A DNA stretch of 64,000 nt, taken from assembly GCF_009834535.1 (NCBI RefSeq), contig NC_045696.1, positions 33,916,001 to 33,980,000 of the forward strand. The letters are read 5' to 3'. Positions 1 to 11,850 of the stretch are shown here, one piece after another (the first letter of the stretch is position 1; the number at the start of each line of letters is the position of its first letter). This DNA comes from Camelus ferus. Lineage: Eukaryota. The notes beneath the pieces are model-generated. The model was not told the DNA's origin. It did not search any database and saw nothing but the letters and a program-made list of their open reading frames with translations. The position numbers and the translations under genes were made by a program.

Positions 1-2145
1 GTGTACTAGTCAACCCTAAATGTGTTTTACAGCATTCTCTTCCTCCACCCAAAATCCACTTTAACTTTCCTGATCCAGACTGGACATCTCCTTTCTCTGT
101 ATCCACAGACTCGCTTATGTTCTGATGTACAAGCTTAACATTTAATAAAAGCCAAAAGTAGAATATAAGAAATTGTGGAAGTTTAGAATGAGGTGAACAG
201 GGTCAAGCCTGCCTCTGAGAGACGATCCGTGTTTGCCTTCAGCAGCCCTTCCCTTCAACACCACGTTCACCTGCTCCCCCTGGGAAGCCTCCTTTTCCTC
301 TGACTCTCCGTACCTTTGCGCTGTCTCCTGGCTTCCTGCAGTCAGAGAGGCCTCAAAGGCACAGACCACCACTCACGGAAGGAGACTAAAGGATCCTGGG
401 ATCTGCCTGCCCCATGTGTTCTTTTATTTTGTGAGACAATATCCTATATACATTTTTTAAATAACTCAAGAATTTTATTTTACTTATTTTTATAATATAT
501 CTTAAGTTAAATGACTCAAAACAAAAAATTCATCCATCTGCAGATAAGTGGGAATTGCTCTCCATTTTGTTGCAAGTTAACCAAAATTCAGAGCTAGGAA
601 GAGATGGTGCGGCTACTTGCCTTAGAAGCAGATATATGAGTGATTTATATTTTAACTACAATGTATACAAGTCTTAAATTTCAATTACTACAAAGCCAGT
701 TATGTATGTATATATAAATATATATAAAGCCAAAATGTACATTTATATAAAACATATGTAATATATATAAAGCCCCAAATAGGTAATTCTTACCCTCTAT
801 TGTTGTATAAACAGCAATCCACAATGAATTAAATCAATAGTGAAGAAGCTAAGCTCACCATAACTTACACACAGACACAGGTGTACACACAACACACACG
901 ACTGTGAGAAGCAAAAGACCCTAACCAACTGAAGATCAAGATGAGTCACGACATAGCGTACTTCCAGAAAACCACTAATTCTGGTGATCCGTGAGTGTCT
1001 ACAATAGGAAGTTTGCAGAATAGTTCGGTAGTCCTACCTTGAAGACCAGTAATTATCCTCCCGAGTTGAACGTATCTCCCTTAACTGTCCTTAAGAGTAA
1101 GTATGTTACCCTTAGTAGTACAAACAAATGAAATTCTATGGGTCTTCTCTTTATTGGCCTATATGAATCAAATAAATGACTTAGATTTTTGGAGTTAAGG
1201 GTAACAGTTTGAGAATCTAAGATCTGACGTCTTCACATTGCTCCATTCCACTTTCTGCTTTGTGGACATATTTTGGCTCCTTCTTTGAATTAAATTTATC
1301 TGTCTTGATAATAGCTTGAAATATATTAATAATATTCTGAGTTTAAATTTAAGGTTAGCACCTAAATTATGGTGCTCAGGCATGTGGTAGTTAAATGGTG
1401 GTTATTAAACAGAAAACAGTTATACATATATAATTGCTTATAATTCTAGAATGCTAAGCAAATTATATATAGTTTTCACGTGTGCCCTCTTATAAAACAC
1501 TGAGGATTAGGTATTTTTTTCTATATCACTTAACTGAAATTCTATAAAAAGATATTAAAATATAGTTCTGTCCAATAGTAAATAGGTCTGTAAAATGAGT
1601 ACTGAGCAGGCTTAGCAGATACACATCATATCAAAATCTACTAACAAAAGTAATACATATTCTCAGAGACACTCTAGATAGAAACATGTTTGAGATCTTT
1701 GCCATGTACAACTGCATAGTTCTAAAAATTGTATCTTGATGGAGATCGGTGAAATGATTTACTCTGACTCATTTGCAAACATATGTAATTTTCAAAAAAA
1801 AATGAGTTCTCCTTTTTAATTTAAAGCAATATATTTTCAGTGTATCCAAAATATCCAGATGCGTAAAATAAAAAATTATGCACACTGGAAATGAGACAGT
1901 CACGGTGTTCTGGTTTTTCATTTGAATTAGGCAAATATGGATTTGGTAGGTAGCATGTCTCCTGAAAATAGGGTTACATTTTATAAGAGTGATTAAGTGG
2001 TCCAGTGCTCAAAGAGTGAGATAACGTTTTGAAATCAGCCAAGAACTCAAGGAACCTGGAAAAAGTTGATGAGTGCTCTTAGAGAGATCTTAGGAGCAGT
2101 TTAGTTTCAATTTTCTGATTACTGCAACAGGGAAAGAGAGACTGC

Positions 2146-2164
2146 TACTGCCATCTGTTGGTCA
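2146..2164 (-). promoter_or_regulatory. Candidate CTCF site
   Basis: Minus strand reads TGACCAACAGATGGCAGTA, close to the CTCF core CCASYAGRKGGCRS. Motif only; no binding data. Confidence 0.5.
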
Positions 2165-2458
2165 AATAAAACATTGTCCTCTCTGGTCTATGGATTAACT
2201 TCCTGCAAGGCAAAATCTTCCCCGAAAGGCAAGGACTCTTGCTAACCCTACGGCATTAGGCCTGATGAGCCTAGAGTTCTGTTAGAATACCAAACAAAAG
2301 GACATTGTCCAAATAAACTTCTTTCTGCCTTGTGCATTACACTGTTGCTTTGTGGCGCTGTTTAAGAAAGGGGAAATGTTTGCGTCCTGACAAAAATCAA
2401 GAGATCTTCCAAAAAGTTTAGCTCAGCACTAAAGTCAGAGTGATTCACTGTGTTTCCA

Positions 2459-2511
2459 TGTGTGTATGTGTGTGTGTGTGTGTGAGAGAGAGAAAGAGAG
2501 AGAGAGAGAGA
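2459..2511. repeat. Compound (TG)n(AG)n microsatellite
   Basis: tgtgtgtatgtgtgtg...gagagagagaaagagagag seen directly. Confidence 0.95.
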
Positions 2512-2689
2512 GGTGGGGGCTGAGGAACAGAAAGAGACGAGTGGTGGAAAAGAAGGGAGAACAAAGAGGGAAGCTGTGATCTAACAGATATTCCTGGTAT
2601 GCAGCATAGGCAGTTTGAAATACCTTTGTTACCATTCTGATGAGAGCATTGTCTTCAGGACATGCCTTTAGCTAGGATGATAGAATTCT

Positions 2690-2885
2690 GTTCTTTGTTA
2701 TTCAAGGTGAGGACCCCAAACCAGCAGCATCTGTATCACCTGCTTGCTCTCCTTAAAAATGTAGAATCTCAGGCTCAATTCAAGAAATTCAGAAACTAAT
2801 TCAGAAATTGATTTTTCTTAATCAAATCTGCATTTCAAAAAGATTGTCAGGTGATTCTACGCATGTCCAAATTTAAAAAAGGATC
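2690..2885. mobile_element. MER5-type hAT-Charlie MITE
   Basis: ccagcagcatc..atcacctg..aaaaatgtagaatctcaggc..aatctgcatttc..caggtgattct matches recalled MER5A consensus motifs. Confidence 0.75.
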
Positions 2886-2924
2886 TTCTAGTTGGCTCCC
2901 ATTAATACCTCAAAACAGACTGTT

Positions 2925-3103
2925 TGCTTATTACATTTATTGATTCTAAAATGCACATTTAATTTACATTTTTACATCTTTAAAATTAAGATACATTTTA
3001 TAATCTATAACGTCTGATATTTTAGTTAGCAGTAGTGTTTTTTCATTTCATTGGTACATAATGTAGTGATCCATCTTGAAATTGCTGGAGTCTGAAATAC
3101 AGT
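2925..3103 (+). mobile_element. MER104-like TcMar-Tc2 non-autonomous DNA transposon
   Basis: Starts ...ttgattctaaaatgcacattt...tttacatctttaaaatt; ends ...ggtacataat...catcttgaaattg...tgaaatacagta; resembles recalled MER104/Kanga termini. Confidence 0.6.
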
Positions 3104-3157
3104 AGGCATCAGTTTGTTAAGCAGAGAAAGAATCTAAGGGGAGGAGGCAGAAAGCTG

Positions 3158-3400
3158 GTAATAATAAAAACAGCTAATATTTCCTGAACATTTCCCACAC
3201 ACTACATATTTTGCTAAGTACATGCATCTTATACTTAATCATAAGAGACACTATAATCAGTCCCATTTTACAGATAGAAACTAAGACTTCAGTTAAATGA
3301 ATTTTCATGTCACCATATGGACTATAAACGTAGATTTGGAACTGAGCAGAACCCTGCAGGGCCCCCAAGTACAAAATCGAGCACTTAATGATTAGGACAA
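3158..3400 (-). mobile_element. MIR SINE
   Basis: taataataaaaacagctaatattt...cccattttacagatagaaactaagac = reverse-complement of the MIR core. Confidence 0.75.
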
Positions 3401-4120
3401 TATATTCACAGACTCAAAGTGTCTGAAACATATTCCTGAGTTGTTTTACAGACACTGTAACTGCCGCCAGAGGACATGATGTGAGCTGCTCCATCTTGAG
3501 CAGCACTGACTCTAAGGCCAGCACCATTCCAAAAACTGGCCTCAGGAGAATGGAATTAATGTTACTGCTCATAATGATCTATATCTTTGTGGGCATCAAA
3601 ATAATTGTAGCTTGCTCTGCTTGTATATGTAAGTGGGCACCTAAAATTGTCAGCAAAGAGATGCTACAGACCCATGTTGGCATCTTCCCCTTTGAGACAC
3701 AGTGCCCTATGTCAGCGTGGAGAAGTTACAGGAGATGGACCCTCACCCCTAATCCTACAGAAATAGAACGATGTTTGATGGTGGGGAAGTGGAAACAGCT
3801 CTTTGCTCCTTTCCTGTTTGCCCATTCCTGTTCCCCTCTAACCATGAAAGAACCTAATTAAACTGTTGATTCTTTTCCTAGATAAAAAAGAAGAATGAAG
3901 AATTAAATAGTTAAGGAATGACTAGCTCTCTGCTCCCAAGAGCCCCCTTGGCAATCCTTGTAGGCAGATCACTGAGCAAGATAGCATCTGAGCAGAGAGT
4001 CAGCCAGTCTGCACGCAATGGAGAATGACGCAGAACCCAGCCTCCCTCCTTGATGATACACTGAGATTCTTCCCCCTCCTTGGGGAGAAAGTGTTAAAGT
4101 ACATGGCCTAACAGTTGGCA

Positions 4121-4945
4121 ATCATAGAATGAGTTTGGGAGTGTGCCCTCCTCTTCAATCTTTTGGAAGATTTTGAGAAGGATCAGTATGAGCTCTTCTT
4201 TGTATGTTTGATAGAATTCCCCAGTGGAGCCATCTGGTCCTAACTTTTTTTTGCAGGGTTTTTTTGTTTTTTTTATTGCTGATTCTGTTTCATTTTTAGT
4301 GATTGGTCTGTTCAAATGATCTCTTTCTTCTTGATTCAGTTTTTGTGGACTGTATGTTTCTAGAAACTTGTCCATTTCCTCTAAATTGTCCAATTTATTG
4401 CCATATGGTTGTTCATAGTGTTCTCTTATGATCTTTTGTATTTCTGTGGTGTTGGTTGTAATTTTTACATTTTCATTTCTTATTTTGTTTATTTGTGTCC
4501 TCTCTCTTTTCTTCTTGGTGAGCCTGGCCAGAGGTTTGTCGATTTTGTTTACTCTTTCATCAAAACCCCTCTTGGTTTAATTGATTTTTTTCTATTTTTT
4601 TTAATCTCTATTTTATTTATTTCCTCCCTGATGTTTATTATTTCTTACCTTCTGCTGACTTTAGGTTTTGTATGTTGTTTTTTTAAGTCTTTTAGGTGGT
4701 AGGTTAGGTTGTTTATTTGAGATTGTTCTTCTTTTTTCAGGAAGGCCTATAATTGCTATGAACTTCCCTCTTAGGACTGCTTTTTGCTGCATACTATAGA
4801 TTTTATATGGTTGTCTTTTCACTATTGTTTGTCTCAAGGTATTTTTTAATTTCTTCTTTGACTTTATTGTTGACCTTTTTTTTTTTTTTTTGGTAGCATC
4901 TTGTTTAATCTCTATGCGGTCTTTTTTTTTTTTCCTTTTTTTTCG
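4121..4945 (-). mobile_element. L1 LINE ORF2 fragment (inverted 5' part: post-endonuclease linker to start of RT)
   Basis: ORF track [38 protein letters not shown] and KAVLRGKFIA are L1 ORF2p motifs; frameshifted. Confidence 0.95.
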
Positions 4946-4946
4946 T

Positions 4947-5030
4947 GTAAGGACACCAGTCATATTGGATTAGGGCCTACTGTCATGACCTCATTTTAAT
5001 GTGATCACTTCTGTAAAGACCCTGTCTCCC
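4947..5030 (-). mobile_element. Short internal fragment of an MLT1 (MaLR) LTR
   Basis: taaggacaccagtcatattggattagggcc..atgacctcattttaa..gtaaagaccctgtctcc is an MLT1B/C-type LTR segment. Confidence 0.8.
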
Positions 5031-5932
5031 ATCCAGATGGCCAACAGGCACTTGAAAAGATGCTCAATATTGCTCATTATCAGAGAAATGCAAATCAAAA
5101 CTACAATGAGGTATCACCTCAGACCAGTCAGAATGGCCATCATTCAAAAGTCCACAAATGACAAATGCTGGAGAGGCTGTGGAGAAAAGGGAACCCTCCT
5201 ACACTGCTGGTGGGAATGCAGTTTGGTACAGCCACTGTGGAAAACAGTATGGAGATTCCTCAAAAGACTAGGAATAGACTTACCATATGATCCAGCAATC
5301 TCACTCCTGGGCATATATCCAGAAGGTACCTTAATTCAAAAAGATACCTGAACCCCAATGTTCATAGCAGCACTATTTACAATAGCCAAGACAAGGAATC
5401 AACCTAAATGTCCATCCACATATGACTGGATAAAGAAGTTGTGGTATATTTATACAATGGAATACTACTCAGCCATAAAAAGTAATAAAATGATGCTATT
5501 TGCAGCAACATGAATGGACCTGGAGATTGTCATTCAAAGTGAAGTAAGCCAGAAACAGAAAGAAAAATACCATATGATATCACTTATATGTGGAATCTAA
5601 AAGAAAAAAAAAAAGACAAACAAACTTTATTTATAAAATAGAACAGACTCACAGACGCAGAAAACAAACTTACAGTTACCAGTGAGGTAAGGGGTGGGGT
5701 GGGAAGGGATAAATTGAGAGTTTGAAATTTGCAGATACTAACTAATGTATAAAATAGATAAACAACAAGTTCATAATGTATAGCACAGGGAACCATATTC
5801 AATATCTTATAACTTATGATTATAAAAAATATGAAAATGAATATATGTATTTTCATGTATCACTGAAACATTATGCTGTACACCAGAAATGGACACATTG
5901 TAAACTGACTATACTTCAATAAAAATATATGT

Positions 5933-5963
<31 letters not shown>

Positions 5964-5964
5964 A
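5031..5964 (+). mobile_element. L1 LINE 3' end: ORF2 C-terminus, 3'UTR, A-rich tail
   Basis: [30 protein letters not shown] (ORF2p Cys-rich domain) with premature TGA at 5349-5351; 3'UTR ending gtaaactgactatacttcaataaaaa; (AAAAC)n tail. Confidence 0.97.
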
Positions 5965-6294
5965 GAGTCAGCAATCAGAGGGTCTAGAAAAATAGGAAAA
6001 GCATGTATCAAAGAGAAGAAGATATTCAAAACTGCCAATGTAGGAAAAATTTTCAAAACTCTGAGTATGAGGAACAGATGATAGAACAGGCTGGAGTGGC
6101 AGCTGGGAGCCAAGTCCCGGGGAGGGGGAAAGATGTGCTGGCATTGGCAGTGAGGAGGCACCTGGGGTATGCTTGTCTCACCTCACTGCGTTATCATGGG
6201 CCATCCCTCCACAGGTGCCAGAAATGATCTTGTAGTGAGCACATGGGTAAAAGCAGTGGAGATTTCCTGGTGTTATAGCTGCATCTTTTGGGGC

Positions 6295-6322
6295 GTTAGT
6301 TAGTTAGTTAGTTAGTTAGTTA
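6295..6322. repeat. (TTAG)n tetranucleotide microsatellite
   Basis: gttagttagttagttagttagttagtt. Confidence 0.9.
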
Positions 6323-8489
6323 ATTACTATTTTAATGTTACACAAAGGTAAGAATGTTTCCTAAGGTGACACAATCCAGATTTGATCTCTTACCTTTCAG
6401 ACAAGTGCTATGGACTGCAAACTTCATAAACTAGGTTGCTCAGTGAGCTCATCAACAACTCTAGTTTGGAGATATTCAGGGAAAGTGATGATAATACAGA
6501 TCTCTATCATCAGCAGAGTACCTGCTATTCCCCAAGTACCACAACAAGACCTTTATACACAGCAACCAGCAGGTCAGTATGCCCATTTCAAAGATGAAGA
6601 AAGAGATGCTTCGAGGACTTGAAATCCTAATGTTGCACAAACAGAAAATGGTAGAGCTGAAAGTTCCTGACTTGTATTCACATGATCAAATCATAGGGGA
6701 GGCAGGTAAGCAGGTATTAATGAAGTCCACAGGTGTTGAGGTTGCGTGAAACAGTCTGGCTTATGGTTCTCTCGGGTTAATAATTAACGGGGCTCCCATG
6801 CACTCTCACAGTTGTCATGGGTTGGACAAAAAACCATATGGTCAACCTCCAGATTGTGAATTAGTCCTCATTCTTACTGAGTTTGGGCAATTCAGAAAGA
6901 GTGAGCTCCCTTCAGGTTACCCTGTGCACCTCAGTCAAGTAAGTGGCTACCAGATACTTAAATCAGAAAAATACATAGAGAAGTGTTTGCAAGACTTGGC
7001 CCAAACCATAAGCAAATATGACCTCTAGCGAATACCAGCATCCTACAGCTAGATTCTCAGGGCAAGGATTCCCTCGGCTGACACTGGTTTAGAAATAAGC
7101 ATTATTTATTACACTATATAAATATTACTGATAATGATGCTGATAATGTCTTCCCATTAAAGGTTGCACTCGTTGTTGTGTAAGCCTCCTCCTGCTGATT
7201 AATTGCCCACAGGTTAAGTCAAGTTAGTGTGTAAATACTACAGAGTGCCAACCGAGAAGAATCTAAGAAGCACAACTTCAAAATAAGTGATTATGGCAGA
7301 AAGCCATTTCCTATTGTCACTAAGTGTTTTAAAGGTTGTTAATAATATAATAAAAACATGCCCTAGTGATTTGTTGTTTCACAATATATATGTTTGTTCA
7401 CAATTGGAAAATTTATTAAATATACAGTCCATCATCTTAATTAGTATGAAAGCATGACTGAGTTCTGAGCAGAACGAATTCCCCCAGGTATGCTTACAAG
7501 GAGTTCTGTTCAGCTTAGAGGCACTTTCATACTGGGTAGACGCAGAGATCCCACTGTTCCAATCATTTATCTCTGAAAGTCTAGAAACACTTTCTGAGTT
7601 TTCAGGTACAGTATTTCTCCCCGTGTTATTTGAATATACAGTGAAGGCATATAGTGACTTTTTATGCATGCACCAAGTGACTTTTAATGTCTGTCACCAA
7701 GTGACTTTTTAAATTTTTTAATCAGTGGGAAAATATTTTCAAAACATAAAAACAGAGAAATTCTGGCACAATTATAAGTGAAGAAAAATACAAGAAAAAA
7801 AGGAAAGCAATTCAAAATAATCTTTTTCATCTGAAAAAAAGTTTACATTTCTAATATTTTGCTTGTGGAATTTTGATTCTGAAACTGCAGATAAGGATCT
7901 TAGATTTTGTGGCTCTAATTTTTTTGGGGGGGGGGTGAAACATATTGCAAACGCAAACCTCTTTAGTCAATAGAGACAATTTACAACGCTTTGTCTTTTC
8001 TTCTCAATGGGGTGCATTTTGCTTTACTTCTCAAAGGAATATTCTCACACATTACTTATATACCCATGATAGCAATCGCTCCCATTTTTATTTTTTGCTT
8101 GAAAAATTGGTGAAGAATTTTAGACCAGTAGAAAAATCAAGGAGGAAGAAAATGCATGATTTTTCTGGAGTAGACTGTGTGTTAACAAAAACTAGGTTAC
8201 TAAAATAAATTCCTAGCCTTGAACTTCATAGTTGATTTCCTTCACTTTCTACTTTCATCATAAAACTTTCTTTCCCTTTCTGGATGTGTTTATAGGATTG
8301 ATTATTTGCTGGGTTGATTCACTCACACTCTTACCGAATTGTTACAACCAGCTCTGTGTTCCAGATGCCATTAATGTACTTTTGTTCTCATTGTTGTTGT
8401 AAAAACTGAATTAGGAATGATGATTTATTTTCCCAAGGTCATATATGAACAATTAATTGCAGCATGGCTCTCTCTGATTAAAGGCCATA

Positions 8490-8850
8490 ATAAGAGCTAC
8501 CAGTTATTTAAGACTACCATGTACTAGGCACTGTACAAATTATCTCAACAAAGCTGTAAATTAGTATCATTTTTTATTTTGTATTATTTTTTATTTTGGG
8601 AAGAGGTAATTAGGCTTATTTATTTTTAATGGAGGTACTGGGGATTGAACCCAGGAACTTGTGCATGCTAATAAGCATGTGTTCTAGCACTGACCTATAC
8701 TCTCCTCTCTGCAAATTAGTATAATTTTTCACTGAAAAAAATAATACCCAGAGAAATGCAGGGATATGCTAAAGGCTACAACAGAGAGTTTGGATTTGAA
8801 GTCTTAGCTACGTGGTGCAAAACCTGGGCTTTTTTTACTATACCAATTTT
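8490..8850 (-). mobile_element. MIR SINE interrupted by a younger SINE
   Basis: taataagagctacc..tgtactaggcactgt..attatctca before the SINE; tttcactgaaaaaa..cagagaa..gctaaaggctaca after it. Confidence 0.55.
8575..8708 (-). mobile_element. Camelid Vic-1-type tRNA-derived SINE with TSD
   Basis: Minus strand: GTATAGGTCAGTGCTAGAAC (A box), GGGTTCAATCCC (B box), CAGTACCTCCATTAAAAATAAATAAGCCTAATTACCTC; flanked by ctg(t/c)aaattagtat(c/a)attttt at 8554-8574 and 8709-8729. Confidence 0.9.
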
Positions 8851-10749
8851 GTGGTCATTGATTTAACAAATCTGTTCAATGAAAAAACTAAAATCAGCTA
8901 CACTGTTTCAGGCCTCAGAGTGTGAAGGCTAGTTGCCACCAAAGAAAAAGAGGTACTTCTTTAAGGTAGAAAAGATCTAAATGTGAGGACTAGTGTAGAC
9001 AGATAATAACCATGGAGATAATACATATGGCCCAATGACTTATAAAATTTTGTGGGAAAAGGTTATTTTGCTTTAGAGAAATCACTTACATAATTTGATT
9101 TTCTCCCCAATGAAAAGGAATTATTTGCTGTCTTAACATAAAACAAAGTCACAAATATACATGACGTCCTAATCTTTATGAGGAAACCATAGTTATTTGA
9201 TACCTATGACTCAATTTATTCCATTAAGAATAGTTTCCCTTATGGAAAAAAAAAATTCTTCATAGTAATTTAAACACTAGCAAAACTTTAAAATTTTGAA
9301 ATTCATCTCTATATAGAGATACTTATTCCCTTACTGTTTTCCCCCTATTTACACATTTTTTTTTACTCGAAACAGTAAAGTCTAGTGATGTGTTTATAGA
9401 ATAAAAGGAAAAGGAAAAGTGCCAGTAATGAGCCTCAAAATATAAATTCCCTCTACACAGAAGTGAGGGGTAGAGGAGAGAAGCTGGTTCTCTACAGTGA
9501 GTTAATTCAACTGATTTCATACATCAATTAAAAGCACTGAATAATGGCTGATTTTTCCTCCCTTTGCCTGTAGCTATAGTGAAAAGAGAGAGAAAAAAAT
9601 TTAATTTTTCTAGTAAATCCTCAGGCTTTGCCTAATTTTGAATTTGGGAAAATTCAATTGTTTTTACTACAGGGTAGAAATCATGTTTATTTCAGTGTTT
9701 GAGACCCCGAGATATTTTTCTAGCACATGGTGGGCAGGGACATCTATTTATGCATCTAGGTCATCTTTCTATTTATGCCTTAGTATTTTTAAAAATACCA
9801 GATCAAACTGTAAGCCAACCATAAGGCTTTCTGCATAACTGTGTGGGCGTTCAACCACAAATATTATCTATATTTATGTTGGGCGGCCCCACCCGTTGGC
9901 GGGTTTAGTAGGACTGACAGTCCTGGACAGCAGTGGCGCCACATCTATTCGGCACAGCTGTCTACATGGGACCTTCCTTCTGTTGTCTTTCTTTGGCCCA
10001 AACCAGTGAATGAAGTCATGCAGAAATGTGCCTAGTCATTGCGGATGCCTGGGACTGCGATAATGGAGGCGGCTAATCTGGCAGTGTGTCCGGTGGTTTC
10101 TGAATTATTTCCTCGCTCTGCGGGTTTTTGCCTGGCCTGATACGTGTGTGCCAAGCTTCCCACACTCAAGAGCAGTGTGCACAGGAGCAGAGTACATCAA
10201 GTGGCAGACGTGAGTGGAGAGACGTCGCCTCAGTCTTCTAGCTGGCTGGCAAATTCTCATCGCGCTATTCACACAGCCCTTTAGTTTGGGTTTTACGGGG
10301 CATACCTTCTTGGACTTGTGGAGCTGTGGAGTCGTGCTCTGTGGTTGTGTATCCACTCCTGTTAAGTTCCAGGTATGCTGATTACCAGTTGTAGCACAGC
10401 ACAACACGTTCATGTAAGTCTACAGATTTGTGACCTGGGAAAAAGTTCAGATGTTTTCAGGGGAGTCCCCAGTCAATCATAAATAATTATTATATGCACT
10501 TATTTTGTGCCCGGAATCTTTAAAAGAAGGAGAGAGGGGGGTTGGGAGGGAGAGAGAAAGAAAGAAGATTAATTGTGGTGACAAGAAAAAAATGAAACTA
10601 GCTAAAAGTATGAAAGAACTTTCAGAGAACCTAAGATGACTCAGGCTTCAGTCAGGCAAGGTTGAATGCAGCAGGCAGGCTGGAGCCAGGCACTGAAAGC
10701 CAACCAGGAGTTGGTCAGACAGGTGGCGAAGTTAAAGGACCGTTAACAC

Positions 10750-11850
10750 CATCAGCAAACATTTAGAGGATATCTGTGATATGCATATGCAGGTGTTTAC
10801 ACCAAGTGGGAAAACAAAGTGATACACAACAATCTCTTTACTCAGAACCTTATAATCTAATCAGAAGCACATACAATAGGAAAGCAAATAGTAATTCAGG
10901 CCAACAAATTATAGTGCTAAATGAGAGAATCTGACAGTAAAAGCGAGTAAGATTAGAAGCGTGGGAGGGATCAGGTGGCCAAGAAAGAATGAGTGAATGA
11001 GTCGAAATATAAAGTGGTCTCTCATAGGTAAGCCGGTCTTAGGTATGTAGAAAACACACCCTAAGCATTGCTTTATGTCCAACATGCATATTAACTGAAC
11101 ACAAACAATGTTTGTGTCAGGAATAGTGGGAATATGTGAGAATTAAGGTCAAAAAGTTATGCATCATAGGGCCATAAATTTGGAAGGGACTAGAAAATCA
11201 TGTGGCTTTTCACAACCATAAAACCTCTACAAAAGCACTCTATAGTGACAAGGGTGCACGATTAGGGGAAATGATGCCTGGATTGTATAGGACTATTCAT
11301 GCCAGGCTTTAAAGTTTGTTTAAAATTTACCCTCCAAGAGGCAAAGAGTAACTGAAAATATTTGAGCAGGCAAGGAACGTATTAAAATATATATACAGAT
11401 GTTATGTATTAAAATCTACCAATCAAAACACCCGTTTTCTGATCCAATTAGAAGATATGAGCAGGCAGGTCAATGGGGAGACCTTTGAACTTGTCAAGCC
11501 CTAAGGTGAAGTAAGCAAGATGAAGTTTGGTGGCAGCATAAATACTGAAGTGATGGATCTGTTGTTAGAATTAAGAGAAGTTGAACAAAATTCTAGTTTA
11601 GTGGGAAAGAAACCTTGATTTCAGTTTTAGGCATGCTTGTTTTGAGTTCACAGAGGGCAAAGCAGAAATTTAGCATGAAGGTGAATGTATAAGACTGACA
11701 CTTTCCAGGGTGCTAATAGGTTGAGAGAGAGGACTGGGCTTGATCATCGAGTATGGGGCGAGGTCTTCATCCTGCATCATGATGGAACTTAAGACTGGAA
11801 GTGTAAAAAGAAGTCATAATTATCAAGAAATTGAAAAAAATTCTAATTTT
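10750..11850 (-). mobile_element. Degraded L2 LINE 3' portion
   Basis: catcagcaaacattta..ctcagaaccttataatcta..gagcaggcaagga..ttcagttttaggcatgcttgttttgag resemble antisense L2 segments. Confidence 0.55.

Noticed and set aside
142..3861. Assorted 60-126-aa ORFs (e.g. 142-372, 3481-3861) as exons or processed pseudogenes
   Set aside because: No recognisable protein similarity, several use non-ATG starts, and lengths are as expected by chance.
4094..5351. ORFs of 97-116 aa as host genes or an active L1
   Set aside because: Fragments (or the antisense frame) of a truncated, inverted and frameshifted L1 ORF2.
7651..7712. CRISPR-like repeat-spacer pattern
   Set aside because: Mammalian context, repeats of 15 bp or less, spacers under 15 bp, no cas genes.
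8630..8708. tRNA gene (A and B boxes present)
   Set aside because: tRNA-derived SINE head with an A-rich tail and TSD; no full cloverleaf.
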